A DNA stretch of 64,000 nt from an uncultured Gammaproteobacteria bacterium (GCA_964517325.1 CAZFBV010000002.1:5728-69727), one strand, 5' to 3'; numbered from the stretch's first letter, positions 9,201 through 18,199 are shown. Translations and numbers: made by a program. The notes: a model not told the origin generated them from the letters alone.

Positions 9201-9829
9201 TTTCCCTCGGCGGCCATAAGAGCGATGATCGAGTAATCGTCGCCGGCGTCATTTCCACTATTAAGAAAATTATTACCCGCAAAGGCGAGTCTATGCTCTT
9301 CGTGAAATTAGAAGATGCGACTAATTCCGTCGAGCTTCTGATTTTTCCGCGGCTTTTGAAAGAGACCGCCTCTTTATGGGTCAGCGGGCAGGCGATCATT
9401 ACTGACAGCAAGGTATCTGAAAAGGATCAGGAAGCTAAGGTGCTGGTAAATCGAGCGATGCCGCTCGATCCGCTCGCGCCGCAAGCTTCTATAGATGCCT
9501 TCAAGAAAATAATGATGGACAATCCGCCGAAGCCGAGCTATCGCGGCAAGGATAGCGGCGGACATGGCAATGGATTCAGCGCCAAGCCGCCAGTCAGCCG
9601 TGCAGCCAAGCCCTTGCGCTTGATCTTGCTGCAAGAGCCGAATGCCGCCAATCTTGAAAATCTGCGCGGACTTTTCGCTGCTTATCCGGGAACAGACGAG
9701 GTTTATTTCAGGATTACCGAAGCGGATAAGCCGAGAATAATCAAGACCGCCTTTAAAGTTTCTAATAATAGCGAGCTTAATAAAGAGCTACGAGAGCGTT
9801 TTCAGAAAACGTTGAAGATAGCCGAATAA
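6251..9829 (+). CDS. dnaE: DNA polymerase III alpha subunit
   Basis: 1192 aa. N-terminal PHP domain (FVHLHNHSHYSLLDG), polymerase core (GRGSAAGSLVCYLTGIT, PDIDMDF), and an OB-fold region. Confidence 0.95.
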   Translation: MSFVHLHNHSHYSLLDGLTKLDEMVNFAKEQGSPAVAITDHGTMYGVIEFYQKAKKAGIKPILGVETYLAPHSRFDKNTREDGRGYHLLLLAKNLTGYKNLIKLVSHAHIEGFYYKPRIDWEILVKHHEGLIASTACLAGEIPRLITADKLEEAEKRILEYNSLFGQGNFYLEIMDHPELGEDLEKVNKTLIKFSRDLGIPLVATNDVHYFKKEDAEAQDILLCLQNKKKKSDTDRMTMLGHGDYSMRPNAEMIAAFKDTPEAIENTLKIAEMCNVEIELGNIQLPHFEVPRGYDGLSYLKEWCEKGISKRFPEASAEEMKKIRERLDYELSVIAKMGWPSYFLIVADFINWAKDNKIVVGPGRGSAAGSLVCYLTGITNLDPLKYDLLFERFLNPDRISMPDIDMDFADIRRGEVLKYVEEKYGQDHVAQIITFGTMAARAAVRDVGRVLDEPYDYCDKISKSIPMMMKLDEALKTVPELKEMYNTEPAAKKILDYAKRLEGVARHSSTHACGVLITKDPLTDNVPIQYASSADKSVISQYSLHPVEDLGLLKMDFLGLKNLTIIESALKIIKNTRGLEIDIDKIPLDDAKTYKLFQDGETTGVFQFESSGMKRYLRELKPTVFEDIIAMVALYRPGPMEWIPDYIAGKHKTKKVVYLHPKLAPILEKTYGVAIYQEQVMQIARDLAGFTMGQADVLRKAMGKKIASLLAEQKEKFIEGCVKNGVYKELGEKVFSFIEPFAGYGFNRSHAACYALIGYQTAYLKAHWPVEFMAALLTSDQGDTDRVAIEIEECRNMGIKIMAPDINESYGTFTVVTSGTKENRAVTADDKSIDTIRFGLKAIKNVGEHIVEELIRERKENGPYQDVFDILERVTDKDLNKKSLESLIKSGALDNFGERGQLLANIERMLSFNKELAKNKDNKQTSLFAELPAVNLSHITLSPAAPAEQNEKLIWEKELLGLYVSEHPFNAFRPYLANYIIPLVSLGGHKSDDRVIVAGVISTIKKIITRKGESMLFVKLEDATNSVELLIFPRLLKETASLWVSGQAIITDSKVSEKDQEAKVLVNRAMPLDPLAPQASIDAFKKIMMDNPPKPSYRGKDSGGHGNGFSAKPPVSRAAKPLRLILLQEPNAANLENLRGLFAAYPGTDEVYFRITEADKPRIIKTAFKVSNNSELNKELRERFQKTLKIAE

Positions 9830-9841
9830 TCATATAATCAT

Positions 9842-10255
9842 ATGAAAATCGTTATCTGCGGCAGCATGATCTTCTCTAAGGAGATGATGGAGATAAAGTC
9901 AGGGCTGGAAAAGCTCGGGCATATCGTGATCCTTCCGCGCAACGCTGAACGTTATGCCAAGTCCCAGCTCGCGCTCGAGACTAAAGCCGAAACAGTCAAG
10001 AATAAGATCAAGTATGACCTGATCAGAACGTACTATCAGGAGATAGAAGCGGCTGACGGCGTCCTAGTTTTGAATTATGATAAAGGCGGTATTGATAATT
10101 ATGTCGGCGGCAATTCTTTCTTAGAGGCTGGTTTTGCTCATATTTTAAATAAGAAGGTTTATTTTTTGTATGATATTCCGAAAATGCTCTATAGCGATGA
10201 ATTGAAAGCCTTGCAGCCGATAATTCTCGACGGCGACCTAGCGAAAATCTGCTAG
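9842..10255 (+). CDS. Nucleoside 2-deoxyribosyltransferase-like small Rossmann-like protein
   Basis: 137 aa. MKIVICGSM...GVLVLNYDKGGIDNYVGGNSFLEAGFA resembles the NDT-like fold. The gap after dnaE is 12 nt. The call rests on resemblance alone. Confidence 0.4.
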   Translation: MKIVICGSMIFSKEMMEIKSGLEKLGHIVILPRNAERYAKSQLALETKAETVKNKIKYDLIRTYYQEIEAADGVLVLNYDKGGIDNYVGGNSFLEAGFAHILNKKVYFLYDIPKMLYSDELKALQPIILDGDLAKIC

Positions 10256-10323
10256 GTTTTATTGTCGGCATTCCGATTTTCTGTTATAATGGAGTTAATC
10301 AAAATTAAATTTGTTTTTTGTTT

Positions 10324-11811
10324 ATGCCTAGAACTAAATCTGCCATTTCTGCCGCCGCCAAGAAACCGCATGCGGAAAAGAAGGCCGTCGCTAAAACTAT
10401 CCATCCCAAGAAAAGGACTAAATCGATCTTGATCGATGTCATTGAAGACGAGCCGATGATGGCGGCGAGCTGGCCGGAGTACCAGGATGAAAAGATCGAG
10501 ACGGCGGAAAAAGAACCAAAACGCGAAAATTTTAAAAGTGTGGATGAAAAGACAGAGGAGATCGATAATCAGAAGAAATATTTTTCAGGGTTAGCTGAGA
10601 AGCTCAAGGAATCCGATGACTCTAAAGAATATTCAATCAGGAAAGGCGAGGTCGGGAAGAAGAGGAGCGTCGGCTTATATCGCCGTTTAGTGATCAAATT
10701 CATAATTTTGGTGGCTATCTTAGCTGCCGTAGTCTTTTACTTTTCTTTTTCTAAATTAACGATCTCGCTTAATCTCAAGGGTGAGAATATCAGCGATACC
10801 TTGCTTCTGAAGATTGCGGATGCCAGCCTAGCTAAAGCGACATCCAGCTCGGCCTTCACCCTGCTTAACGATCCGCGCGAAGAGATCGGCGGCACCATCA
10901 AGGAAGTAAGCGCCGATGTTTCTAAGACTTATCCGGCTTCAGGCGAAACTTATCTGGGCGAAGCGATTATCGGACAGGTCCGGCTGATAAATAATTCTCC
11001 CAAGAATCAAGCGTTGGTCGCGACGACTCGTTTATTGAGCGCGGATAATAAATTATTTAGGATCAAGAATGCGGTCAATATCCCGGCCGGCGGGGAAACT
11101 GTCGCTGAGATTTATGCCGATAAGCCATCCTCTGACTTGGCGATAGAGCCGACGACTTTCACTATCCCCGGACTCTGGCTCGGTTTGCAGGATAAGATTT
11201 TCGCTAAGAGCGATGCCGCTTTTACTTTTTCCAAGCAAGTCAAGAAATATATCACCTCCGGCGATCTTGAGGCGGCCTCTAAGGATATCAATGAAGCTTT
11301 GACAGCCGCAGCCAAGAAACAAGCCGAGGCGGACGGGGCGGGCGGCGATTGGCTTTATTTGGCGAGCGGCCCGGCTGTGGTCAATATCGACGCTAAAGTC
11401 GGAGACAAGAAGGACGAATTCACGGCTAAAGCCAGCGGCAAGATCATTGCGGTCTCTTTCTCGAAAGAACAGGCGGCTAAATTAGCGGCGGCTAAATTCA
11501 ATCTGATTATTCCGGACGATAAAGAATTGAGCGATTTCAAGCCGGAAAATATCGCCTATACCTTTGATAATTATGATCCGACATCAGGAACGGCGACCAT
11601 CAAGGCGTCTTTTAACGGCACGATGATACTGAAGAGCGATTCCGAGGTTATTGATCCGTCCCAGCTAGTCAATCTTACCGCCGATCAGATCGGAACTTAT
11701 CTGAGGAATCAAAACGAAGTTAAGGATTATGAATTAAAGTTCTCGCCATCTTTCATTAAGAAAGCTCCGAGCCTGGTCGATAGGATCAAGGTGGAAGTAA
11801 AGACGGAATAA
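10324..11811 (+). CDS. Hypothetical membrane-anchored protein (Lys-rich N-terminus, one TM, large extracytoplasmic part)
   Basis: ATG at 10324 is preferred over the TTG at 10318 used by the ORF track. TM segment is LVIKFIILVAILAAVVFYFSF. I recognise no motif. Confidence 0.6.
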   Translation: MPRTKSAISAAAKKPHAEKKAVAKTIHPKKRTKSILIDVIEDEPMMAASWPEYQDEKIETAEKEPKRENFKSVDEKTEEIDNQKKYFSGLAEKLKESDDSKEYSIRKGEVGKKRSVGLYRRLVIKFIILVAILAAVVFYFSFSKLTISLNLKGENISDTLLLKIADASLAKATSSSAFTLLNDPREEIGGTIKEVSADVSKTYPASGETYLGEAIIGQVRLINNSPKNQALVATTRLLSADNKLFRIKNAVNIPAGGETVAEIYADKPSSDLAIEPTTFTIPGLWLGLQDKIFAKSDAAFTFSKQVKKYITSGDLEAASKDINEALTAAAKKQAEADGAGGDWLYLASGPAVVNIDAKVGDKKDEFTAKASGKIIAVSFSKEQAAKLAAAKFNLIIPDDKELSDFKPENIAYTFDNYDPTSGTATIKASFNGTMILKSDSEVIDPSQLVNLTADQIGTYLRNQNEVKDYELKFSPSFIKKAPSLVDRIKVEVKTE

Positions 11812-11830
11812 ATAAAAAAAAATTTAAATA

Positions 11831-11861
11831 AAAAAGCGCTGAGATGATCAGCGCTTTTTTG
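11831..11861. terminator. Bidirectional intrinsic terminator between convergent genes
   Basis: A5-AGCGCTGA-gatga-TCAGCGCT-T6 with a perfect 8-bp stem. Confidence 0.7.
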
Positions 11862-11879
11862 TTCCTGGCTGTATAAATT

Positions 11880-12830
11880 TTAGAATAATCCGAGGAATTT
11901 CGAGGAGCGTGGCGTTTTCATTTTGGCCTTGTTATTATAGATAGCCAAGGCTTCTTTGGCATTCTGGCCGCGGAAGATGATCGCGCCGAGAGCGGCATTA
12001 AGCCTAGTCGCTTCTTCTAGCGATCTCTGATGCAGGTTGCGTCCGATAGCCATCCCCACGGTTTTAGAAATATGGATTTGTCCCTCTAAGTGTTCCAAAA
12101 TCTCTTTGACCGGCCGCTTATCGCCGCCGACGCAGATCACTCTAGTCCGGCCGGCCGCTTCTACAGCTTCTTGGAATCTGAGAGCCGTCGTTTTCTTATC
12201 TTTCAGACTATAAGGATATTTTATTTTTACGAAATCGGCGTCTAAAGCGGCGGCTACTCCGGCGCCGCCGGCAATAGTATGGATATCTTCTTCTTTGATG
12301 TCTTTGCCGCGCGGATAGACCCAAAGTACGGCTAATAATCCGGCTTGATGCGCTTCGAAGATCGCCTTAGCGGCGGCTTTGAGCATCTCGGTCTCATAAA
12401 TGCCGCCGAGATAAAGAGTATAGCCGATAGCGGCGATATTCAGGCCGCTTTGTTTCTTGAATTTAATGACATCTTCAATACTCCACCAGAGCTTGCTGGA
12501 ATTTTTTTCGCCCTCGCCTATATTCGTTTTGCCGTTCAGCTTGATGATATAGGGCAGGTAGCGATAATCTCGTCCATATCGGGAGATGAGACCGGGATGG
12601 GTCGCCAAGACCCCGCCCTTAGAAGCGGCGGCTATCTTGAAAAGATGCTCCGGGTTCTTATCTTCCGGCGCTATGCCCGAACCGTAGAAATCATTATTCA
12701 GATGTTCAACTTTCTGGTCGCCGGCGATAAGCAGGAGATGGCCGCTGCCATTTGTCAGGCGGCGGAAATTTTTGAGATATTCGCGTTTTTTGTTGCTTGG
12801 AACGCTTAGAGGTATCTTGATAGATTTCAT
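11880..12830 (-). CDS. Class I fructose-bisphosphate aldolase, DhnA/archaeal type
   Basis: Motifs LLIAGDQKVEH, DFVKIKYP (Schiff-base Lys context) and GMAIGRNLHQ. 316 aa. Confidence 0.75.
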   Translation of the reverse strand: MKSIKIPLSVPSNKKREYLKNFRRLTNGSGHLLLIAGDQKVEHLNNDFYGSGIAPEDKNPEHLFKIAAASKGGVLATHPGLISRYGRDYRYLPYIIKLNGKTNIGEGEKNSSKLWWSIEDVIKFKKQSGLNIAAIGYTLYLGGIYETEMLKAAAKAIFEAHQAGLLAVLWVYPRGKDIKEEDIHTIAGGAGVAAALDADFVKIKYPYSLKDKKTTALRFQEAVEAAGRTRVICVGGDKRPVKEILEHLEGQIHISKTVGMAIGRNLHQRSLEEATRLNAALGAIIFRGQNAKEALAIYNNKAKMKTPRSSKFLGLF

Positions 12831-12917
12831 AGCTAAAATATTTAAAAATTTATGAGATTATGTTATGATTAAGGCGTTAAAGCGCTGCTTCAAGCGTAAA
12901 ACTATTATATCACAAAT

Positions 12918-13829
12918 ATGTCAAAAGAAGAAAATCTAAACGGCAAGAATAAGGATATTGATTTGAAAAATTATAATGATGAAGCAGATATTAGCTTGAA
13001 ACGCATGAATTTCGGGCTTTGGGTGGCAGAACATCGCCGCCGGATAATCAAGATCGTTATCATTTCGCTCATCCTCCTATCAGCCTTTTTTTTCATATAT
13101 TCTTCTTATAATTACATCGTTTATTTCATTTCCGGAGATCCTAATTCTCAATTGATAAACAATAACCTGTCTTTCGCGTCACGCCAAGTGACAAGCGATC
13201 TGGAAACTTCGGCCTTACAGGTCTTTGATCTGGATGATCATTCTGATCTGGTGATTCAAGTATCTAACCCGAATGACAAGTTCATGGCGAATTTCAGTTA
13301 TTGCTTCAAGCAGGCCGATAAGGATATCGCTTGCGGCAAATCTTTCATCCTGCCGAGCGGGAAGAAGAGCATCTTGGCGCTGGCGCGAGATTTCAGCGGC
13401 AGCCGCAGCGAAATGTCATTTGTCATTTCTGACGTCTTTTGGCGTCGCATCGACGCGCACCAGATTCCTAACTGGGCTGATTTTTTCAACCAGCGTTTGG
13501 ATTTCGCCATTTCTGATATGAAGTTCGCCTCGGCAGCACAGAGCGGCCTATCAGACAAAGTCAACCTGAGCACCTTTGATTTTTCCGTTAAAAATCAGAC
13601 GGCTTATGGTTATTATGAAGCGCCTCTGGATATCTTCTTATATAGCGGTTCGGAGATCGTTGCGGTTAATCGCTATATCCTGCAGAATTTTTTGCCGGGA
13701 GAAACGCGCTCGGTAAATATCAGCTGGCCGGGAAGCTTCAGCTCGGTCAATCGGACGGAAGTTGTTCCGGATATCAATATCATGGATGATAGCGTTTACC
13801 TCAAGTATCAAGGAACGTCCGCTAACTAA
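12918..13829 (+). CDS. Hypothetical bitopic membrane protein
   Basis: 303 aa with one N-terminal TM (IIKIVIISLILLSAFFFIY). The stop lies 2 nt before the SEDS gene start. Confidence 0.6.
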   Translation: MSKEENLNGKNKDIDLKNYNDEADISLKRMNFGLWVAEHRRRIIKIVIISLILLSAFFFIYSSYNYIVYFISGDPNSQLINNNLSFASRQVTSDLETSALQVFDLDDHSDLVIQVSNPNDKFMANFSYCFKQADKDIACGKSFILPSGKKSILALARDFSGSRSEMSFVISDVFWRRIDAHQIPNWADFFNQRLDFAISDMKFASAAQSGLSDKVNLSTFDFSVKNQTAYGYYEAPLDIFLYSGSEIVAVNRYILQNFLPGETRSVNISWPGSFSSVNRTEVVPDINIMDDSVYLKYQGTSAN

Positions 13830-13831
13830 TT

Positions 13832-14938
13832 ATGCTCAGCCGCTTCAAACTCTATTTCAAAAATTTTGATTGGATAATCTTCGCCGTAGTCCTGCTATTG
13901 GTCGCTTTCGGCTTAGTGGAAATCTATAGCGTTGCCTTAGGGCAGGGCAGCTTGAATTTGCTTAATTTCAAGAAGCAACTCTTATTCGCCGGCATCGGCT
14001 TTTTTTTCTTATTCCTATTCACTTTCATCGATTCTTATTTTCTAAAGAGCTTGAATAAGTATATCTATATCTTCTCGGTGCTCTTGCTGATCGGCGTTCT
14101 GATTTTCGGCCAGACTATCAGGGACACTAAGGGCTGGTTCAATCTTTTCGGTTTCGGCTTGCAGCCGGTGGAATTCATCAAGATAGTCCTGATCTTGTCG
14201 CTAGCCAGTTATTTTTCCGGCTTGGCGACTAGAGTCAAGACCGCCCGTCATTTTTTCGGTTCGGCTTTGTTGACACTTATCTTTATCGGCTTGGTCTTAT
14301 TACAGCCCGATTTCGGTTCCGCCATGATCTTAGGAGCAATTTGGCTCTTCATGCTATTGGCGGCCGGGTTCAATAAGAAATATTTTATTATGATTGCTTC
14401 GGGCGGGTTGATTCTATTCGTCATCGCCTGGTTTTTCCTGTTCAAAGATTACCAAAAGGAAAGAATAATGAATTTGGCGGGCGGAAGCAATAATGCCCAG
14501 GAATCCGGCTATAATATCGCTCAATCGATCATCGCTATCGGTTCAGGCGGCTTGACCGGCAAAGGCGTCGGTTTCGGTTCGCAATCCCAGCTAAAATTTT
14601 TGCCGGAAGCGCATACTGATTTCATTTTTGCTGTAATATCAGAGGAATTAGGCTTTTTAGGGGTAACTTTGGTCTTGGGATTCTATGCCATCTTCTTCGC
14701 CCGTTGTTTCAGGATACTGAAGAAAATAAACAATGATTTCGGGATTTATTTCCTTTTAGGCGCGACCGGCTTGATTTTTATTCAAATGTTTATTAATATT
14801 GGTATGAACCTAGGGCTCGTGCCGGTCGTCGGTTTGCCCCTGCCTTTTATCAGTTATGGCGGCAGTTCGCTTATTTCTTTGCTATTGTTAGTGGGAATAA
14901 TCGAAAATATCATCATCAAATCAAAAATCAGTTATTAA
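13832..14938 (+). CDS. SEDS-family peptidoglycan glycosyltransferase (FtsW/RodA)
   Basis: 368 aa, polytopic. Family motifs are LQPVEFIKI, PDFGSA, PEAHTDFIFAVISEELGF and PFISYGGSS. Confidence 0.9.
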   Translation: MLSRFKLYFKNFDWIIFAVVLLLVAFGLVEIYSVALGQGSLNLLNFKKQLLFAGIGFFFLFLFTFIDSYFLKSLNKYIYIFSVLLLIGVLIFGQTIRDTKGWFNLFGFGLQPVEFIKIVLILSLASYFSGLATRVKTARHFFGSALLTLIFIGLVLLQPDFGSAMILGAIWLFMLLAAGFNKKYFIMIASGGLILFVIAWFFLFKDYQKERIMNLAGGSNNAQESGYNIAQSIIAIGSGGLTGKGVGFGSQSQLKFLPEAHTDFIFAVISEELGFLGVTLVLGFYAIFFARCFRILKKINNDFGIYFLLGATGLIFIQMFINIGMNLGLVPVVGLPLPFISYGGSSLISLLLLVGIIENIIIKSKISY

Positions 14939-14975
14939 TTAAAATTAAGATAAAGATAATAAAAATTAAAATGAT

Positions 14976-15641
14976 ATGGAAATCAAATTATCAGCACAAT
15001 TAAGAGACAAGAACGAAAAATTAAGCGCGGATATGATCCCGGCTGTAATCTATGGCAAGGGCGTGGAGAACAAGAGTTTGAAGGTCAAGAAGGTCGAATT
15101 GGAAAAGGCTTTCGCTAAAGCCGGAGAATCCAACCTTATCAGTTTGGATTTCGGTGCCGGCGCCGTTAAGGTCTTGGTCAAGGAAATCCAGCGCGATGTT
15201 TTAAAGAATGTTTTCACTCATGTCGATTTCTATCAAGTCAATATGAAAGAGAAGATCACGGCAGAAATTCCGTTCCATTTTGTCGGCGAAGCTAAGGCTA
15301 TCAAGGAGTTGGGCGGCGTCTTGATCAAAGATATGGCTCACTTAGAAGTAGAGTGCTTGCCGGGAGATTTGGTCGACCACATTGATATCGATATCTCTGT
15401 CTTAAAGACTTTTGATGACGCTATCAGAATCAACGATCTGGTTTTACCGAAAGGAATCAGCGCTGTCAGCCACACCAATGAAATGGTCGCCGCTGTCAGA
15501 GAGCCGAAGGCGGAAGTTGAACCTGAGCCGACTCCGGCCGCCGCTGAAGCTGCTCCGGCTGCCGGTGCTCCGGCTGCCGGTGCTCCGGCCGCTGCAGGAG
15601 CCAAGAAAGAAGAAGCTAAGAAACCGGAAGCTAAGAAATAA
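14976..15641 (+). CDS. rplY: Ribosomal protein L25, Ctc form, with an Ala/Pro-rich C-terminal tail
   Basis: N-terminus has R..(K)..R and IPAVIYGKG motifs. It is a two-domain Ctc-length protein (221 aa). Confidence 0.85.
   Translation: MEIKLSAQLRDKNEKLSADMIPAVIYGKGVENKSLKVKKVELEKAFAKAGESNLISLDFGAGAVKVLVKEIQRDVLKNVFTHVDFYQVNMKEKITAEIPFHFVGEAKAIKELGGVLIKDMAHLEVECLPGDLVDHIDIDISVLKTFDDAIRINDLVLPKGISAVSHTNEMVAAVREPKAEVEPEPTPAAAEAAPAAGAPAAGAPAAAGAKKEEAKKPEAKK
15552..15590 (+). repeat. In-frame 15-bp tandem repeat, about 2.6 copies, inside rplY
   Basis: GCTCCGGCTGCCGGT occurs twice plus a partial third copy, encoding APAAG repeats. Confidence 0.85.
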
Positions 15642-15663
15642 AAGTAAAAAAATTCAGATACAG

Positions 15664-15695
15664 AAAACAGGCGCTATCATGCGTCTGTTTTTTTG
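15664..15695. terminator. Bidirectional terminator between rplY and prmC
   Basis: AAAA-CAGGCGC-tatcat-GCGTCTG-T7, with one G-U pair. Confidence 0.6.
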
Positions 15696-15726
15696 TAGTT
15701 TGTTTTTTTGCTTTACTCGTTTGTTT

Positions 15727-16581
15727 TTAGAAAGCCAGGAATCTTTTCTTGCCCGATAGATCGTAAATTATCTTGGAAGCGACTTGAGGAAAGTATTTAT
15801 TTGTCAGTTCCTTGATCTTCTTAGCCTGCGAATCGTCTATCTCGCAGATGATCCTGATATTTCCTATTTTTATCAAAGAGGATAATTGCTTGAATAATTC
15901 TCGGTAATATCTCAACCCGTCAGAACCGCCATCTAAAGCCAAGATAGGTTCGCGGCTGATGCTCGGAGATTTTTTTATCTGAGCCTTGGTCAGATAGGGA
16001 AGATTGGCGGCGATAATCAGTTCATGTCCGCTTAAATCACGTTTATCAAGCCGGAGAGGAGTTATCAGATTGCCCCGATAGAATTTTATCTTACCGGCCA
16101 GCTTATGATTATGAGCATTCTGTTCGGCTATCTTCAAAGCTTTCCCGGAAATATCTACGGCCAGGAATTCAGCGCGGCGGTAGGCCGCCGGAGCTGATCG
16201 TTTCAGTTCCTTGGCGGCGGAGACGATAATGGCCCCGGAACCGGTGCCGATATCTATGATAATCGGCTTCAGAGCAGATGATTTGGCTATAGCCACGATA
16301 TCCTCGACGATCTTCTCAGTTTCGGGCCGCGGAGTCAGTACGGCCGGATTGACCTTGAAATCAAAGCCGTAGAATTCTTTGACGCCGGTCAGGTAAGCTA
16401 TCGGCCAATTATTCAAGCGTTTAGATTCTAACAACCGGAATTTCTGGCATATCTTCGGACTAATTTTCACTTCCGGATGGGTTAACAAAAACTCCCGGCT
16501 TTTGTTTAATAAAAAGGCCAGGAGTAATTCGGTTTCTAGAGGCGGCAGGGAAGAGTTTTTGAAGATATCTCTTATTTCCAT
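15727..16581 (-). CDS. prmC: Release-factor glutamine N5-methyltransferase PrmC/HemK
   Basis: SAM motif IIDIGTGSGAI. The catalytic motif reads NLPY instead of the canonical NPPY. It lies directly downstream of prfA. Confidence 0.8.
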   Translation of the reverse strand: MEIRDIFKNSSLPPLETELLLAFLLNKSREFLLTHPEVKISPKICQKFRLLESKRLNNWPIAYLTGVKEFYGFDFKVNPAVLTPRPETEKIVEDIVAIAKSSALKPIIIDIGTGSGAIIVSAAKELKRSAPAAYRRAEFLAVDISGKALKIAEQNAHNHKLAGKIKFYRGNLITPLRLDKRDLSGHELIIAANLPYLTKAQIKKSPSISREPILALDGGSDGLRYYRELFKQLSSLIKIGNIRIICEIDDSQAKKIKELTNKYFPQVASKIIYDLSGKKRFLAF

Positions 16582-16582
16582 A

Positions 16583-17629
16583 TTATTTCAATTCTGATTT
16601 GGCCGCTTTCTTCAGTTCTTTGATGATCTCTTCAATATCGCCGTCAATGATGCGCGGAATGCTGTGCCAAGACATATTAATGCGATGATCGGTGACGCGG
16701 TCTTGCGGGAAGTTATAAGTCCTGATCTTGTCGCTTCGATCGCCGGCGCCTATTTGAGTCTGGCGGGCGCTAGATTCGGCGGCGCGCTTCTCATCTTCCT
16801 GTTTGGCCAATAAACGGGAGCGTAAGACTTGCAAAGCCTTTTCTTTATTCTGATGCTGGGATTTCTGATCTTGGCAAGAAACGACGATGCCGGTCGGGAT
16901 ATGGACGATGCGGATAGCGGAATAAGTCGTGTTGACGCATTGTCCGCCCGGACCGCTGGAGCAGAAAGTATCGATTCTGATATCATTAGGCTTGATTTCA
17001 ATATCAACTTCTTCGGCTTCCGGCAGAACGACGACAGTCGCGGTCGAAGTATGGACGCGGCCTTGTTTCTCGGTTTCTGGGACGCGCTGGACGCGGTGGG
17101 TTCCAGCCTCAAATTTCAGCAAGCCGTAAGCGCCTTCGCCTTTGACTTCAAAGATGACTTCCTTGAAGCCGCCGATGCCGATAATATTGGATTCGATCAA
17201 GCTTAGTTTCAGGCCGCGGCGTTCGCAGAAGCGGGAATACATACGGAAAAGGTCGCCGGCGAACAAAGCTGCCTCATCGCCGCCGGTGCCGGCCCTGATC
17301 TCGATAATCGCGTTCTTCTTGTCGTTCGGACTGGCCGGATGGATCTCTTCTTCCAGTTCTTCTTTCAGTTTTTCTTCCCGTTCTTTAAGGCCAGTCATTT
17401 CTTCAAGAGCCATGGCCTTAAAATCGGCGTCTTTCTCGTTTTCGATGATCTCGGTATTCTGTCGGATCTGTTCAGAGATTTTTTCCAATTCTAAAATCAG
17501 CGCCATGGCTTTCTTCAAGCCGGCGTGTTCTTGAGATATTTTTATCATCTCTTTGGAATCGCCCATGACGGCGGGATCCATCATCTTGTCTTCGAGCGCC
17601 TTGAAGCGCGCTTTGATATCTTCGTACAT
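16583..17629 (-). CDS. prfA: Peptide chain release factor 1
   Basis: GGQ motif ([11 protein letters not shown]) and an RF1-type PxT tripeptide (VPETEKQGR). Confidence 0.95.
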   Translation of the reverse strand: MYEDIKARFKALEDKMMDPAVMGDSKEMIKISQEHAGLKKAMALILELEKISEQIRQNTEIIENEKDADFKAMALEEMTGLKEREEKLKEELEEEIHPASPNDKKNAIIEIRAGTGGDEAALFAGDLFRMYSRFCERRGLKLSLIESNIIGIGGFKEVIFEVKGEGAYGLLKFEAGTHRVQRVPETEKQGRVHTSTATVVVLPEAEEVDIEIKPNDIRIDTFCSSGPGGQCVNTTYSAIRIVHIPTGIVVSCQDQKSQHQNKEKALQVLRSRLLAKQEDEKRAAESSARQTQIGAGDRSDKIRTYNFPQDRVTDHRINMSWHSIPRIIDGDIEEIIKELKKAAKSELK

Positions 17630-17730
17630 ATGCTTATGATCGTAAATCGGATAACAAAAAACAATCGGTCTTATATAATCATTCTAGCACGGATAGCCGA
17701 AATGATTAAAGCCGATTGCTTTTATAGAGG

Positions 17731-18066
17731 TTATTTCTTGTTTAATTTGACCTGGGTAATTCTCTTGAAATCCTTCGTCTTGACGACGACTTCTTTCTTA
17801 GCCTTAGCGACGGCGCGAGCGGCGCGCTTGACCTTCTTGCCTTTCTTGTCTTTGCCGGCAGCTTCTTTAGCGCTAGCTTTAGCGACGAATTTCTCGACCC
17901 GGCGAGCGGTATCGACTAATTTTTGTTTGCCGGTGTAGAAAGGATGGCAAGCGGAACAAAGCTCAACCTTAATCTCCGGTTCAGTAGAGCCGGTCAAGAA
18001 GGTGTTGCCGCAGACGCAAGTTACCTTGGCGTCCGGGTAGTACTTAGGATGGATATTATTTTTCAT
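17731..18066 (-). CDS. rpmE: Ribosomal protein L31 with a Lys/Ala-rich C-terminal extension
   Basis: [10 protein letters not shown]...CVCGNTF...[13 protein letters not shown] is the CxxC-type L31 pattern. It is 111 aa, whereas E. coli and B. subtilis L31 are about 66-70 aa. Confidence 0.9.
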   Translation of the reverse strand: MKNNIHPKYYPDAKVTCVCGNTFLTGSTEPEIKVELCSACHPFYTGKQKLVDTARRVEKFVAKASAKEAAGKDKKGKKVKRAARAVAKAKKEVVVKTKDFKRITQVKLNKK

Positions 18067-18170
18067 ACAAATAAAAAAATTTTATTTAAAATCAATAAAA
18101 TTTGAACTATTATTATATTTATTTTTATGTAATATTATGTTATCATAACTCCTAGATTTAATCAAGACCT

Positions 18171-18199
18171 GAGAGGAATCAATGAAGATTCTCGCATAA
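18171..18199 (+). promoter_or_regulatory. Shine-Dalgarno site plus 5-codon uORF (MKILA) immediately upstream of the flippase gene
   Basis: GAGAGG lies 5 nt before ATG 18182. The stop TAA at 18197-18199 is 3 nt before the flippase ATG at 18203. Confidence 0.35.

Noticed and set aside
4471-9829. A replication origin near parAB/dnaE.
   Set aside because: There is no dnaA or dnaN, I noticed no cluster of TTATCCACA-like boxes, and coding-strand bias does not switch across the region.
10318-10323. N-terminal extensions from TTG/GTG or upstream ATG starts in the ORF track (10318, 20761, 31658, 35137, 47371, 49434, 49716, 53037).
   Set aside because: Internal ATGs give N-termini that match the family (csp MTGTIK, hpt MSRKK, signal peptide MKKLIV). 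They also remove implausible overlaps with upstream genes.
15412-15759. 115-aa + strand ORF spanning the rplY tail and terminator.
   Set aside because: It is out of frame with rplY, runs across a terminator hairpin into the convergent prmC gene, and has an Arg/Leu-rich low-complexity translation.
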